Part shown: positions 49,987-63,817 of the stretch, in pieces
Layout of the letters: the number at the start of each line of letters is the position of its first letter
Numbering within the stretch: the stretch's first letter is position 1
Assembly (NCBI GenBank): GCA_965208615.1
Contig: CBDBPB010000007.1
Span: 128,001 to 192,000 of the forward strand
Source: Spirochaetota bacterium
GTDB lineage: Bacteria; Spirochaetota; UBA6919; CBDBPB01
Reading direction: 5' to 3'
DNA length: 64,000 nucleotides
Program-made: the position numbers and the translations under genes
The notes under the pieces: generated by a model
Seen by the model: the letters and a program-made list of their open reading frames with translations, nothing else
What the model was told of the DNA's origin: nothing
The model's database searches: none

Positions 49987-52029
49987 ATGATAAACAAGAT
50001 ATTAACTTGTATTTTTTTGTTAGTTATAATAATATTTACTACCACTTATCACACATCTGCCAATAGGTATTACGCTAAGGGATCAGTTCATTATAATAAT
50101 AGGCAGAAGTTTTCCTACTACAACATAGATAGTTATGATAGAAATACTGATAAACTTATAAAAACAAGGCAAATAGATGAGTTTAACAGGTTAATATCTT
50201 ATAGTAAGTATGACTATAGTTCTGACGGTTTATTAATAAAAAAAACGAAGTATTCCTCTAAGGATAAGTTTTTATCTAGCACCTCATATATATATAACGA
50301 TAAGAATAAGCTTAGTAAGTCTGTAGAGCATCGTGTTAAGAGTGAGGCTCTCACTAAGTATTTTACTTTTAAGTATGCTAATAATAGGTTATTATACAAG
50401 GAGATATTTGCTTTTAAGGGTCTTGTAAGAAAAAAGAAGAATTTTGACTATGTTAAGCGTATAACCTATAACTTAAATGGTTATCCAAAAAGGGTGGAAT
50501 ATTTTAAACCTCTTATTATGGATAATAAAAAAATAAAATTAAGATTAATATGGTATGAGGATATTATTTATAAGTCGGGTAGAAGGCACTATGTAATACG
50601 CTTTGGGGATGATGAATATATAAGGGTATTGGTGAAATATAAATATGACAATAAAAGGCGTATAGCTAATATTATAGTTTATGAGGGTTATACACGTTTT
50701 ATCGGATATAGATATGATTATAAGTTAAAGCTTAATATTAGTCAGAGAATTAAATTTGCGTATATAAAGCCTAAGACTAAAAAGCCAAAAAAGATTATAA
50801 AGATTAAAAAGCCAAAAAAGATTATAAAGATTAAAAAGCCAAAAAAGATTATTAATAGAAAAAAGCCAAGTTATATTGAGATAATTTTTGATGACCTATT
50901 AGAAGATGATAGTATAGAAATTATTGAGGAAAGTAGACAAAAGATTAAAAAGCCTAAAAAGGTGGATAAGCCAATAGTTAAGGTTAAAAAGCCTAAAGAG
51001 GCGGATAAGCCAATAGTCAAGGTTAAAAAGCCTAAAGAGGCGGATAAGCCAATAGTTAAGGTTGAAAAGCCAAAAACTAAAGAATTATTAGAATGGGTAC
51101 TTAATATTAATAAGGCATTTACGTCTAAACCATATTATTATAACTCTGCTATTTACTTAGGTATTATTGGGAATAAGTTAATAAGTATTTCAAGGTCTGG
51201 AAGGGTTAAGTGGGAGATAACTGTTGAGGGGGATGTAAAAAGTATTATTGGGAATAAAGGTTTAATTTATATTGGAACTAATAAGGGATTAGTTTATAGA
51301 GTTAGGCCTATGAATGGAAAAGTAGTATGGAAAAAGAAAAACAGTTATTCTAAGGGTTTTTATATTTATAATTCAAGGCTTATTACTATTAATAAGGATA
51401 ATGAGGTTATGGCCCTTAGGTTAAAAACTGGAAAACTCTTATGGAAGCTTAAGTATAAAGATAATATTGTGTACTCCCCTATAGGGAGGAAAAATATAGT
51501 AATGGTTTTTTCACGGAATATGGGTTTAGCTATTGACGTTAAAAACGGTAAGAGGTTATGGAAGAAAAAGTATACTAATAGTATAATTAATCAGCCTGTT
51601 TTGATGGGTGATAATATAATAGCTGGTTTTAATAATGGGTTAGCCGCTTGGAGTTATAATAATTTTTCTAAGCAAAAATGGTTTATAAAGGATATAAATA
51701 TAACATCTTCTATTTTTGTTTATAAAAATAGTATTTATTTGGGTACTGATGAAGGAAAGCTCCTTAAGATTAGGACAAAAGATGGCTACATTTATTGGGA
51801 AAGGCTTACTAATAAGGTTAATTTTTATTTAACTATTGATAACAAGTTTATTTATATGACTCATAAGGGTGATAACATAACTTTAATTAATCATAATGGT
51901 ATTGAGGATAATAATTATATTGGTATTTATGGTGAGGCTATTATTACCCCAGTTATAGTTGTGGATAATGGTAAAACAGTTTTTTACGGAACTAGTTCAT
52001 GGAAGCTATATAGGGGCAGGATTTACTGA
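49987..52029 (+). CDS. Exported protein: YD-like repeats, Lys/Pro-rich linker, PQQ/BamB-like beta-propeller
   Basis: Signal peptide; repeated G...W blades; KKPKKIIKI x3 and KKPKEADKPIVKV x3. Confidence 0.7.
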   Translation: MINKILTCIFLLVIIIFTTTYHTSANRYYAKGSVHYNNRQKFSYYNIDSYDRNTDKLIKTRQIDEFNRLISYSKYDYSSDGLLIKKTKYSSKDKFLSSTSYIYNDKNKLSKSVEHRVKSEALTKYFTFKYANNRLLYKEIFAFKGLVRKKKNFDYVKRITYNLNGYPKRVEYFKPLIMDNKKIKLRLIWYEDIIYKSGRRHYVIRFGDDEYIRVLVKYKYDNKRRIANIIVYEGYTRFIGYRYDYKLKLNISQRIKFAYIKPKTKKPKKIIKIKKPKKIIKIKKPKKIINRKKPSYIEIIFDDLLEDDSIEIIEESRQKIKKPKKVDKPIVKVKKPKEADKPIVKVKKPKEADKPIVKVEKPKTKELLEWVLNINKAFTSKPYYYNSAIYLGIIGNKLISISRSGRVKWEITVEGDVKSIIGNKGLIYIGTNKGLVYRVRPMNGKVVWKKKNSYSKGFYIYNSRLITINKDNEVMALRLKTGKLLWKLKYKDNIVYSPIGRKNIVMVFSRNMGLAIDVKNGKRLWKKKYTNSIINQPVLMGDNIIAGFNNGLAAWSYNNFSKQKWFIKDINITSSIFVYKNSIYLGTDEGKLLKIRTKDGYIYWERLTNKVNFYLTIDNKFIYMTHKGDNITLINHNGIEDNNYIGIYGEAIITPVIVVDNGKTVFYGTSSWKLYRGRIY

Positions 52030-52355
52030 TAATATATTACTCTTATACTTGTTAATAATTTTGCCTAACTTATTATGAATAAAGATGTTATTCGGCTTTT
52101 TTAGATGTCAAGTAAAAATGCTAAAAAAAAATACATCTTTTAAAAAGTGCTTGCCTTTTTATAGCTTTTTAGTATATTATATTTCAATTGTTGGTTTCAG
52201 GGGTTTGTTAATAATATTTTTATTGTTAGCAATATCTAAGGAAAATTGTTTATAATCATACTGCGGAGTAGAACGATTAATTTTGCTCTTTTGTATGGTA
52301 ATAAAATTATGAGGATAGTGTATCCTCAAAAATTAAATCTTAAGGAGAATTTATT

Positions 52356-53435
52356 ATGCGGAAAAGTTTAGTTTTTGTGCTTAGTGCCATATTGCTTTTC
52401 ATTGCTAGTGCTGTAACATTTGCTGCTGATGTAAAAGTATTTGGACGAGTTAATTTTAGGTATGACCATAGTATACAAGTACCTGATGGCCAAGAAGGTG
52501 GTTCTTTTACTGCTACGAGCATACGTCTTGGAGCAAAGGGAAAGCTTGCTGACTCTGTTAGCTATTACGTGCGTTTTAGTGCCAAAGGTAGTGCGACATC
52601 ACTAAATGCTGGGCTTGACTATGCATTTATAGGCTTGCATTTTGCCCCAGTTAATATTATTGCTGGTGTTATCCCTAGTGGCTTTACCAGGGCTGTAAGC
52701 AATGGTACTGTTTTTGCTGATGATAGTCTTGCTTATGCAGTTGTTGGGCTTCACAGAATAGCTGGTTTAAAGGTAGGTACTTCACTTTTAGACAAAAAAC
52801 TTCATATTGGTCTTTTCTTTGGTAACTCACCAGCTGCAACTTTAAATGCCTCACCAAGTACGGCTGACTTTAAGTTAGGTAAGGATGATAACTATTTAGT
52901 TGGTCTTAACCTACGTTTTGATCCTTTAGGAAAATGGGGTGGTGGAGAGTGGCTTCAAACTAGTGATATGAAAGCAACTGTTGGTGTTGGTCTTGTTTTT
53001 GTACCAATGATGGGCAGTGAGACTGTTGCTGCTAAAGATGGAAATGGCACTCTTAAGCTTACTGCTGATGTAGGTTTTACTTATAGCTTGCTTTTCTTAT
53101 CTGTAGACCTATATGTAAACATGGATAATTTACAAGACGATGCTGATAGTATGACTGACTTGGGCTTAAAAGTTGATTTAGGCGTAACAGTTAATATGCT
53201 TCCAGGTATCGACATTGTTCCTGCTCTTAGGTTTACATGGATTGACAGAGATCTTAACAAAAGCGAAGTAAAAAATGCTGATGATTTTATGAGATTAACT
53301 ATAGCTATTGCTTTATATCCAGGTAAGTTGGGTAATAAGCTTGCTATTACTCCAGAGTTTGGTTTTGATCTTGCTAGAGAAGCTGATGCTGTTAAGCAAT
53401 CATACGCTAGAGTAAACTTTATGCTTAATTTCTAA
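52356..53435 (+). CDS. Outer-membrane porin (OprO/P-like)
   Basis: Signal peptide, amphipathic strands, RLGAKG and LDYA motifs, C-terminal Phe. Confidence 0.7.
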   Translation: MRKSLVFVLSAILLFIASAVTFAADVKVFGRVNFRYDHSIQVPDGQEGGSFTATSIRLGAKGKLADSVSYYVRFSAKGSATSLNAGLDYAFIGLHFAPVNIIAGVIPSGFTRAVSNGTVFADDSLAYAVVGLHRIAGLKVGTSLLDKKLHIGLFFGNSPAATLNASPSTADFKLGKDDNYLVGLNLRFDPLGKWGGGEWLQTSDMKATVGVGLVFVPMMGSETVAAKDGNGTLKLTADVGFTYSLLFLSVDLYVNMDNLQDDADSMTDLGLKVDLGVTVNMLPGIDIVPALRFTWIDRDLNKSEVKNADDFMRLTIAIALYPGKLGNKLAITPEFGFDLAREADAVKQSYARVNFMLNF

Positions 53436-53477
53436 GCGTTACAAAGACGTTATTTATTTATCAAAGTATATATAATA

Positions 53478-53507
53478 GACCTTCGTCTGAATGGGCGAAG
53501 GTTTTTT
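53478..53507 (+). terminator. Rho-independent terminator
   Basis: accttcgtct-gaat-gggcgaaggt followed by a T tract. Confidence 0.75.
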
Positions 53508-53601
53508 AGTGTTTCAGTCTTAGAGAGAAGTTTTAGTTTTTATTATTATACAAAAAAGTAGTTATCTATGGCCATGGTAGTGTTTTTTTATATAGGAGGC
53601 C

Positions 53602-54147
53602 GTGGTTTTTATGATAACTAAAATGCTTATGATTTTTTTTACTGTGTTTTTTGTTCAGCTAAGTTTTATTAGTCTGTACGGGATGAAAACTAAAACTTTT
53701 GATAGATATGGCATTCAATTTGAGTATCCAGATTATTATATATTAAAGGATAATCAAAAGAAAAGATATCACGAGGTATTTTTAAAACAGCAAGGTAGGT
53801 CGCATATATCTGTACAGATTTTTAGTGGTAATTTAAATGAGATATTTAGAAGGGGTTTTATAGGGTCATTTTCTAAGACTCTTGAGAATTCTGGTTTTGA
53901 GAACGTTAAAAGAGAAAAGGTTAAGAAGAGTATTAAGGTAAAAATATCCAGTGATGAATATGCGACTGTAAAGGCGGTTAAGTTTGAGATGTCTTTTCTC
54001 CATAATAATGGGAATAGGATAGATACTTCTTTATTCTTTTTTTCTTATGGCGGCAGGGGATATACAATTGGCTTTAGTAGTTTTGGAAGTAAAACGGTAG
54101 AGAAAGATTTTAGGGTAATACAAAAGTCATTTACTATAACAGAATAG
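53602..54147 (+). CDS. Exported hypothetical protein (PsbP/DcrB-like fold possible)
   Basis: Signal peptide; YGIQFEYP motif; RBS AGGAGG. Confidence 0.55.
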   Translation: MVFMITKMLMIFFTVFFVQLSFISLYGMKTKTFDRYGIQFEYPDYYILKDNQKKRYHEVFLKQQGRSHISVQIFSGNLNEIFRRGFIGSFSKTLENSGFENVKREKVKKSIKVKISSDEYATVKAVKFEMSFLHNNGNRIDTSLFFFSYGGRGYTIGFSSFGSKTVEKDFRVIQKSFTITE

Positions 54148-54465
54148 CCAATATTTTAAAACTAAAATAATAAATTTGTATATACTAAAGTTAAAAATAT
54201 TTAGATATAAATATTTTAAGCACAGCTAATATATTATTACAATAATAGTTAGCTGTGGATTTTTTAATAACTTACATTTTCTTATAAGCATTTAACAAAA
54301 AAATACTATTCAACTTTGAAACTTATTATTAATATTTGTTGTTTTAGATTTGAGCATATTTTATAACCTTTATGGTTATAAAGGATAAGTATTTTTTTAT
54401 TATACAGTTAGTTATAAATATCATAATAAGTTTAATATTTACAAGAAAGTTTAAGGGAGTGTTTT

Positions 54466-55734
54466 ATGCAACTAACGGGTTTACTGTGGGGGTACAAACT
54501 ACTTGATTATGTTGGTTTTCCTCACTCGGATGTTTTAGGTCCTAACGCCTCTGTGGAAAGTATAAGGGCATTAATTGATAAGAACAAAGAGGTTTTTATT
54601 AAGCCTATATTCAAGGGTGGTATTGGTAAAAAGGGAAAGTCTGGTTTACTTGGTCGGGCTAATAACGTTACTGATGCCTTAAAAGAAAAAGAAAGGCTTT
54701 TTTTTGTAGAGCATATTGTAGGTAATACCAGTGCTAAGGCAGAGGGGGTTACTTTTGAGGGGAGTGTTCCTGCAAAGTACGAGGTTTATTTTTCTATTAC
54801 TGATGATACTAAGTTTAGGGCTCCTGCTATTACTATAACCCATCATGGTGGGGTTGATATTGAGGAGCTTGATAAGGATAAGATTCAGGTAATACCGTTT
54901 GACCCTCTAACTGGTTTTAAGGGTTTTATAGTATCCAATGCCTTACGTAGTCTTGGGGCGCCTGCTGAGATAATTAGTCCATTAGTACAGCAGTTACCAA
55001 AGTTATGGGATTTATATCATAATTATGGTATGACAATGTTGGAGCTAAATCCAATTAGGATGAAGAAGGTTGGTGGGAGACTATTACCTGTGGCATGCGA
55101 TTTTAAATGTGCTTTTGACATTGATGATCCCAATTGGCAAAGGCTTAATTTGCCGAGTCATTTATTTGCCTCTAACTATTCTGAGTTTGAGCAGGAAATT
55201 AATCAGCTTAGAACATATCAGGGTCAAAGTGATGTTTTTGTTATTAACGAAAAGGGTTCTATTACGGCTATGACATTTGGTGGTGGTGCTAATGCCCTTG
55301 TGACTGAGCTACTTGGGGATTATGCTACTATTTCGTCAGATTTTGGTGGTAATCCTCCTTATCAAAAGATGAAGCTTGTGTCTGAGATTGTTTATAAATA
55401 TTGGCTACCTCAGAGTCATGTTTTATTTATTATTGGGGGAAAGGCTAATAACACTGATATTTTTGAGACCTTTAGAGCTATGGCAGATGCCTTGCGTGAA
55501 TTCTTCTCTAAAAATGGTGCAAAACCTCTTTATGTTGTGGTTGGTCGTGGTGGGCCTAATCTAGTAAGAGGTATGGGCTATTTAAGGGATACTCTTGATG
55601 CTATTGGTTTACCTTATAGGTTTTTTGGTCATGATAGTGCTATGAGTGAGGTTATTAACTATGCAAAGGCTGCTAATGACTGGATGGAAGAAGAAGGGAT
55701 CGATTTATTAGCTAAAAACTTAGGAATTAAATAG
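54466..55734 (+). CDS. aclB: ATP-citrate lyase beta (ATP-grasp) subunit
   Basis: IKP...GKKGKSGL, GGVDIE, LELNP, GGGA, DFGGNP, IGGKANNTDI, GRGGPN. Confidence 0.8.
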   Translation: MQLTGLLWGYKLLDYVGFPHSDVLGPNASVESIRALIDKNKEVFIKPIFKGGIGKKGKSGLLGRANNVTDALKEKERLFFVEHIVGNTSAKAEGVTFEGSVPAKYEVYFSITDDTKFRAPAITITHHGGVDIEELDKDKIQVIPFDPLTGFKGFIVSNALRSLGAPAEIISPLVQQLPKLWDLYHNYGMTMLELNPIRMKKVGGRLLPVACDFKCAFDIDDPNWQRLNLPSHLFASNYSEFEQEINQLRTYQGQSDVFVINEKGSITAMTFGGGANALVTELLGDYATISSDFGGNPPYQKMKLVSEIVYKYWLPQSHVLFIIGGKANNTDIFETFRAMADALREFFSKNGAKPLYVVVGRGGPNLVRGMGYLRDTLDAIGLPYRFFGHDSAMSEVINYAKAANDWMEEEGIDLLAKNLGIK

Positions 55735-55746
55735 TGGAGGACATAT

Positions 55747-58497
55747 ATGCATCCTAATGGGGTAACAAAATTTGATAAATACTATGTTGGAATTAATTCT
55801 TTAGAAGAGATTGCCATAAAAGATGATAAGGTATGTGTTTTAAACATACTTGGGGGTGAGAGTAGGGGTGTAACGCCTACGAGTCATGCTTTTTCTGGTG
55901 GTAATGTAGTTTTTGGTACATCTCCTGGCAGGTCTGGGCAGGTGCTTGAGACGCCAATTGGTAATATTCCTGTATATAACAACATATCCGAGGGTATGGA
56001 GGCTGGACATAAGTTTAATACTGCGGTTATTTATTTACCTCCTGGTGGTGTTAGAGATGGTGTTACAGAGGCTATTAGGGTTAACCCTGACCTTAAAAAG
56101 GTTATTATACTAACTGAGAAAGTACCTCTTAAGGACGCTCGGATTATTAGGGCATTAGGCCAGATGAGGGGTATAGACATATTAGGTGCTAATTGTCTTG
56201 GTGTAGCCGACTCATACAACCGTATTAGGATTGGGGGAGCTTTAGGAGGGAGTAATCCTACTGAATCGCTTATACCTGGTTCTGTTTCAATATTTTCTAA
56301 TTCTGGTAATTTTACTACTACTATTGGCGTATACTTACTGAGTCAGGGCTGGGGTACTACTACCTGCGTATCCAGTGGTAAGGATGTTTACATACACTAT
56401 TCAGCACCAGAATTTATTCATGCTTTTGAGAATGATCCTCGTAGCAAGGGCGGCTGTTATGTACATTGAGCCTGGTGGATATTATGAGCATGGTCTTGAG
56501 TTTACTAAGCCGGTTTATTGCTTGTATAGTTGGTCGTTGGAAGGCAAAATTAACTAAGGCAGTTGGTCATGCTGGTTCACTTGCTGGGGCTGGGGATGAT
56601 GCTATAGCAAAAGAAAAGTGGTTTATGGACTACTTTGGTGTGGATGGTATTTTTACACCGGCTAAACCTATTTTTTCTAAGAAGGGTGCGGTAGTTACTA
56701 ATATTAGTCATATTCCTGAGGCTATGACTAAGGTTATTGGAGTTAAATGGTGTAGACAGGGACTTTCCATCAAAGGGGACTTTATCATTAAAGCCGTGGT
56801 TTGGTAATAGTCAGGGTTTAGACTTGCCTGATTTTCTTGATTTACCTGTTGTTGAGGCGGTTAAGCCTTATAATGAGCAAGTTTCTGTTATTAACAAGCA
56901 GATTGGTTCTGTATTCCCAAGGCAAAACCTTAAGGATGCCAGTGGTGCATCCATGATGGACCCTAAAACTCAGGTTACAAGGCTCCATAATATATCCGTT
57001 TTGGATGCCAGTAAACACTTCCTTTGAGGAAAACTTAGTTTTTGCTCTTACTAAAGGATTATCCTAATGAGTTTAGCACTAAGGCTCACAAATATTATTT
57101 TGAATGCTTATGTTAATTTACATGGTGACCCTATGTTGATTGCCTCTGACTCGTCTAGAGAGAGTGGTAATTCACCTAATACTGTTTTGAGTTCTGCCAT
57201 AGGTATATTGGGTAAGAATAGGGTTAAGTCTGCACAGAAAGCGGTTGAGGTGTTGATTGATGCTTTTCAATTTTCTGGATTAGATGATCCAACTAAGGGG
57301 TAACTTTAACTTATAAGGAACAGTTAAAGTCGGTTGATAGTAAATATCTTCTTGGCAAAAGTGAGGATGACTTATCAGATAGTCGTGCTGAGGCTTAGTA
57401 CTTAATGCTATTGATAAGCTTGATGGCAGTTCTATATTCATAAACTTTTTAAAAGACTTATCTAAAAAGGAAGGCAAGGAGATATCACCTTGTGCATTAT
57501 TGGCTGCTTTTACGACTACTATTTCTTGGAAATCTCTTATGCGTAAGAGGTTATCTAAGTTAACTCTTATTAACTTGCCGTGGTATTTTAAGTTATATAG
57601 TGCTATGGTTGGCTCAAGTACGAAGTCCAGTTGTCATGGGGCTAATAGTTTTTGTGGAATTAGTAATGACGACTTAGTTAGTAACTATGCATTTGGTGAG
57701 ACTGCGTTTTTAGCATTGGTTAATAGACGCCCTAATTCAGAGGAGCTTTTTACATTTAACATACTTATGGGACTTTTGGTGAGCAATGGTCCTGGTACTA
57801 TTTCTGCACAAGGTGCTAAGGGTGCCGTTAGTGCTGATGGCTCAGAGGATCCTTTTAGGGTACAGATTAACAAGGCTTTTATTGGTTTTATGACTCATAC
57901 TGGTTTTGCCCATGGTGGCAACGGCTATGAGGGTATGGCATTTTAATTGAGCAATTTAGGGATAGTGGGTCTTAATGATCCTGGCAATCCTAATCATGCG
58001 TTTAGATATAAGGTCTATTGCTCGTAAGTATGCTAAAAAACTACGCTGGATATAAGACTCAGCAAAAAGAACTGGGTAATATAGCCTATGCCAAGATTCC
58101 TTGTATTAATCACCCTGTGTTTAAGGGTAAGGATGTTAATTTTGATCCGAGAGAGGTTTTTATAAGGGAGCTTTTTGATAATAGGGGATCATATAACATT
58201 TTTCTTTCATTTTACCATGAGATGGTTAAGGCATTGTATGAGTCTGGGGTATCTAAGAACGTATACTGTGTTAATGTTGATGCAGGTTATAGCAGTATCT
58301 TTGCTTAAGGTATTGTGGGGTTCTTTTGCTGATGGTAGTTTGAGTGAGTCGGATATGGAGTCTGCTGCATTTTACTACCTTTTTGTATGCTCGGATGATA
58401 GGTTGTGCGGCGGAGATTGAGGGATCACATTAACCGCGGGGCGTAATATGGATACTAGGACTCGCCTGGCTAGTAAGTGTTCTATTTTGTTAATTAG
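55747..58497 (+). pseudogene. aclA: Long ATP-citrate lyase alpha subunit (CoA-binding + citryl-CoA lyase domains), broken by multiple frameshifts; end approximate
   Basis: GANCLG, SNSGN, GHAGS (phospho-His), NGPGTISA, HGGNG, HPVFK, NVDA spread over 6+ ORF fragments. Confidence 0.75.
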
Positions 58498-58559
58498 TCT
58501 ATTATTAATTTATAGTTAATATAATGAGGTAGTCTATTTATTGGGCTACCTTTTTTTTA

Positions 58560-59332
58560 TACTCTTTAGATGGCTCCATGACTTTGTGGAGTATTTATTT
58601 TTTATTAGACAGTTAAGGTTTGTAATTTCGTTATTGTTAAGTTTGGATGGTATTAGTTTTATATTTTGTGATATACCTTTTAGAAAGGGTATTAATTTTT
58701 CATTTTATTAGTTTTTGGTTGATATGATTATCTGTATTACTTATTGGGCTTGGGTTTATATATTGGTTAATATCTTTATAGGAGTTAGTTAGAGGTATTG
58801 AGCCTTGGTATAAGTATATTATTTTTTTGAATTAGCAATGCACTGCCCACTATTTTTTTGTTTATGCTCGTTAATTATTTCGTGTACAGATGTTGTATTA
58901 AAGCAGTTAGGATTTTTGTGATTTCCTTTTATTTTTGGGTTAATGGATGCGTTTATGCCTAGAGCATTAAGGCCATTTATTATTATTTTAGAGAGTTCAT
59001 AAAACACCTCTTTTTTATTGGTTATGGGTTTATTAGCCTTAATCGACATGGAATATGTTATTTCGTTTGTATGGAGTACGGCTCTACCTCCTGTGATTTC
59101 GTCTTATTACTGGTATATTATTATTAATACAGTTAGTTAGGTTTAGGTCATGTATTTTTTGAAAGTAACCTATAGTTATACTTGGTTTTATCCAGCCGTA
59201 TAGTCTAAATACCGCTTTTCTACTGCTGTTTTTTATGCTGCTATATATAACTTCGTCCAAAGCCATATTTACATAACCATGGTTAATTTTGTATGGTATA
59301 AAGTCAAATTTGTCTATATTCAATGAGTTCAT
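58560..59332 (-). pseudogene. Lipoate-protein ligase/octanoyltransferase family gene, frameshifted; end approximate
   Basis: NMALDE, FRLYGW..PSITIGYFQ, RR.TGGRAVLH and CF...HEI motifs across frames. Confidence 0.7.
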
Positions 59333-59621
59333 TTTCTGTAGTAGTAAAATTGATATTAAAACTTTGTCTTAGTTAGAAAAGTTGTTAATAGGGAATATAA
59401 TTAACACTAAAGTTTTATAACAACATTTTTTTTGCAAAGGCGTAAACTTGTTAAAGTTAACTACTGTTACTAATTAATATTAAATAAGTTAACATATAGT
59501 AAAAATAAAATTAATTAGGGTTGTCAGTATAAGCCATTTTTATTATCATATTCCATAATATAATAAGGCTATAATTCTAAAATTAGATTCAAGTTATAGT
59601 TATACTAATTTTGTATTATAA

Positions 59622-61316
<1,695 letters not shown>

Positions 61317-61326
61317 TATTCTTTAT

Positions 61327-61345
61327 GAGGCTCTTTTTTGAGCCT
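61327..61345. terminator. Hairpin between convergent groEL and folB
   Basis: gaggctc-tttttt-gagcctc. Confidence 0.55.
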
Positions 61346-61382
61346 CTCTCACCTGTTAATCTGCTTATATATAGATAATTAC

Positions 61383-61733
61383 TTAATCTCTTTTTATAGT
61401 ATGTCTAACAGAAACAGAGTCTGCCAAACGTATGGCATTAGGTTTATCTATTTCTACAACGGCTTTTTTTATTTTATCATATTCCATAATGATTTTTATT
61501 ATGCTGTCTGCCAACCTTTCTATCAAATAGAACTTTGATGTTGTAGCCTCACAGGTAATCTTTTGTTCTAGAACATAATAATCTATTGTATCACTAAGGT
61601 TATCGCTATTAGCGGCTAAGCTAGAGTCGAAGTCTAAAAATACGTTAATTATGAGTTCTTGTGGTTTAAGCCTTTCTTTTTCGTTTACGCCAATAGTAGC
61701 TTTTACTTTTAGATTTTTAATATGTATTTCCAT
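61383..61733 (-). CDS. folB: Dihydroneopterin aldolase/epimerase (FolB/FolX)
   Basis: IGVNEKER..PQ, TIDY, LIERLA, KPNA. Confidence 0.85.
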   Translation of the reverse strand: MEIHIKNLKVKATIGVNEKERLKPQELIINVFLDFDSSLAANSDNLSDTIDYYVLEQKITCEATTSKFYLIERLADSIIKIIMEYDKIKKAVVEIDKPNAIRLADSVSVRHTIKRD

Positions 61734-61773
61734 TATATTTACGTTATCCTTTTATAGATTTAATAATGTTAGT

Positions 61774-62938
61774 TTAGATAGTATTATTTTTTTTAAACTC
61801 CAGGTGAACATGGACAATACTAATACCATCAATGTTTGTGAGTCCTTTTTCTAAGAGGTCGGCAATGTCATGTCCTTGTTTAACAGATATATAAGGATTA
61901 ACAGCAATATCCAAGTTAATCTCTATGCCACCATGGACATAATGAATACGAATATTATTAATACAGTCAACTTCCTTAATTTTGCTAATATAACGCCTAA
62001 TAGCATTTATTATATCTGCTTCTAGGGGGTTAGTTTTGCTGGTATTTTTTGCAGGTTCAACATGGATAATTATTTCTCTTATATGATTTATAGAATTATA
62101 AATATTATCCTTTACAGTCTCAGATATTGCATGTGCTTGATCTATACTAAGAGCAGGATTAACTCTAATTTCCATATCCACCATACTCTCACTTCCAATA
62201 TACCGCGTTCTAACTTTATCAATTTCTAATACTCCCACGGTATTACTTGCAATATTTTTTATGTTATTTAATAATTCTTCACTTGCGGAGCTTTCGACCA
62301 GAGCCATAAAAGTAGGTTTTAATACCTTAAAGCCCATATGCATTATAAATACTGCCACTACTATAGCGGATAAAGGGTCCATAAAGGATAGAGAAGGATG
62401 TATTACCGTAAAAGTAATTCCAATAAGCACTCCTATTGATGAATAGCTATCAGAACGATGGTGATAGGCATTTGCCTTTAACGCTGAACTATTAAACTTT
62501 TTTGCATAATGCATTGTATAAAAATATAGCCATTCTTTAATGCCTACAGATAAAGTTGCCGCTATGAATGCCAAATAATAGCTATTTTGAACAAATGTAC
62601 CTCCATATGTTATATTAGCTATAACGTTAATGCCTTCATAAACGAGATACATACCCGTAAGAATAAGGGTAACACCTACTAACATAGATGCAAAGGTTTC
62701 AAACTTACCGTGTCCATAGGGGTGATTTTTATCAGGAGGCTTGGATGAGAGTTTTAATCCGATTATAATAACGAGGTCGCTAACATAGTCTGATACTGAG
62801 TGAGTGGCATCTGATATAAGAGCACTACTACCGGTAATAACTCCAATGGTATATTTTATTATTGTAAGAGCTAAATTAATAGCTGTACCTATTAGGGTTA
62901 CTTTTCTTTTTTTTAAAATAGTTGTTATTTTTTATCAT
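61774..62938 (-). CDS. CDF cation efflux transporter (FieF-like) with duplicated C-terminal domain; homopolymer frameshift near 62910
   Basis: Frame extends upstream of 62685 through ALISDATHS and PPDKNHPYGHGKFE; HHRSD; IHVEP and VHLE. Confidence 0.8.
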
Positions 62939-63112
62939 ATTATATAATTATATAAAAAAAAACACTTTACTTAGTATATGCTGACAAACGTTAAGAAATA
63001 TAATAAAAAGTGTTCTAATGCGTTTGTTATAGGCATTAATTTAGGTTTATAATTTTATACATAAGTCGGTATAGTCTTTGATGTTATATCTTTTTCTATA
63101 TAGACCAAATAA

Positions 63113-63817
63113 TTATATCTTCTTAAGAACTAAAAATAAGACTATATATTCGAAGTTTTTATTTTTACACCTGTTAGCCAACTCATCCAACTTACATTTA
63201 GTGTAGTTATCCTTTGAAGGATTAACCGTAGTACCTGTATAATGAAAGTATTTAATCAGGTCTATTCCAGAGAAAGGGATTTTAACTTTTATTGTTTTAT
63301 CTACAATAACCTTTAGATTAAACTGACCTATAATGTCGTATAGGTCATGAGCATTGGGAAAAGGAAATCTAAATTCTGGGATACTACCATTTATAGGTAT
63401 TGCAATAAATATATAATCAGATGTTATTCTTATCATTTCAGATAGACTTTTTTTAATATTTGTCCAGTGTAGAGAAAAACTTGAGAAGGAATGATTAAAA
63501 CAGTTATCTACAAAAGGTAATAACTCCATATCACAATGAATACTATTAGGATTAATATGTTCATAATGGCTTAACATCTTAGTTGATATATCAATTCCAG
63601 TAATATTTAGGCTGGTAAAACGTTTCATAAGGCAATTAGTTATGAGTCCAGTACCGCATCCAATATCAACAGCATTACCATTTAGGTTTATATTGCTAAA
63701 AGAGATAAGCTTTTTTGCTACCTCATCTTGAGGGATAGCCCAGTTATTGTAGGTTTTAGCAGACTTAGAAAAAGAGTTTTTTATTCTATTTTTAAGTATA
63801 TAGCTTGTTTTTATCAT
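63113..63817 (-). CDS. bioC: Malonyl-ACP O-methyltransferase BioC-like
   Basis: FSKSAKTY...Q..VA, DIGCGTG, DME.LPF, SLHW. Confidence 0.75.
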   Translation of the reverse strand: MIKTSYILKNRIKNSFSKSAKTYNNWAIPQDEVAKKLISFSNINLNGNAVDIGCGTGLITNCLMKRFTSLNITGIDISTKMLSHYEHINPNSIHCDMELLPFVDNCFNHSFSSFSLHWTNIKKSLSEMIRITSDYIFIAIPINGSIPEFRFPFPNAHDLYDIIGQFNLKVIVDKTIKVKIPFSGIDLIKYFHYTGTTVNPSKDNYTKCKLDELANRCKNKNFEYIVLFLVLKKI

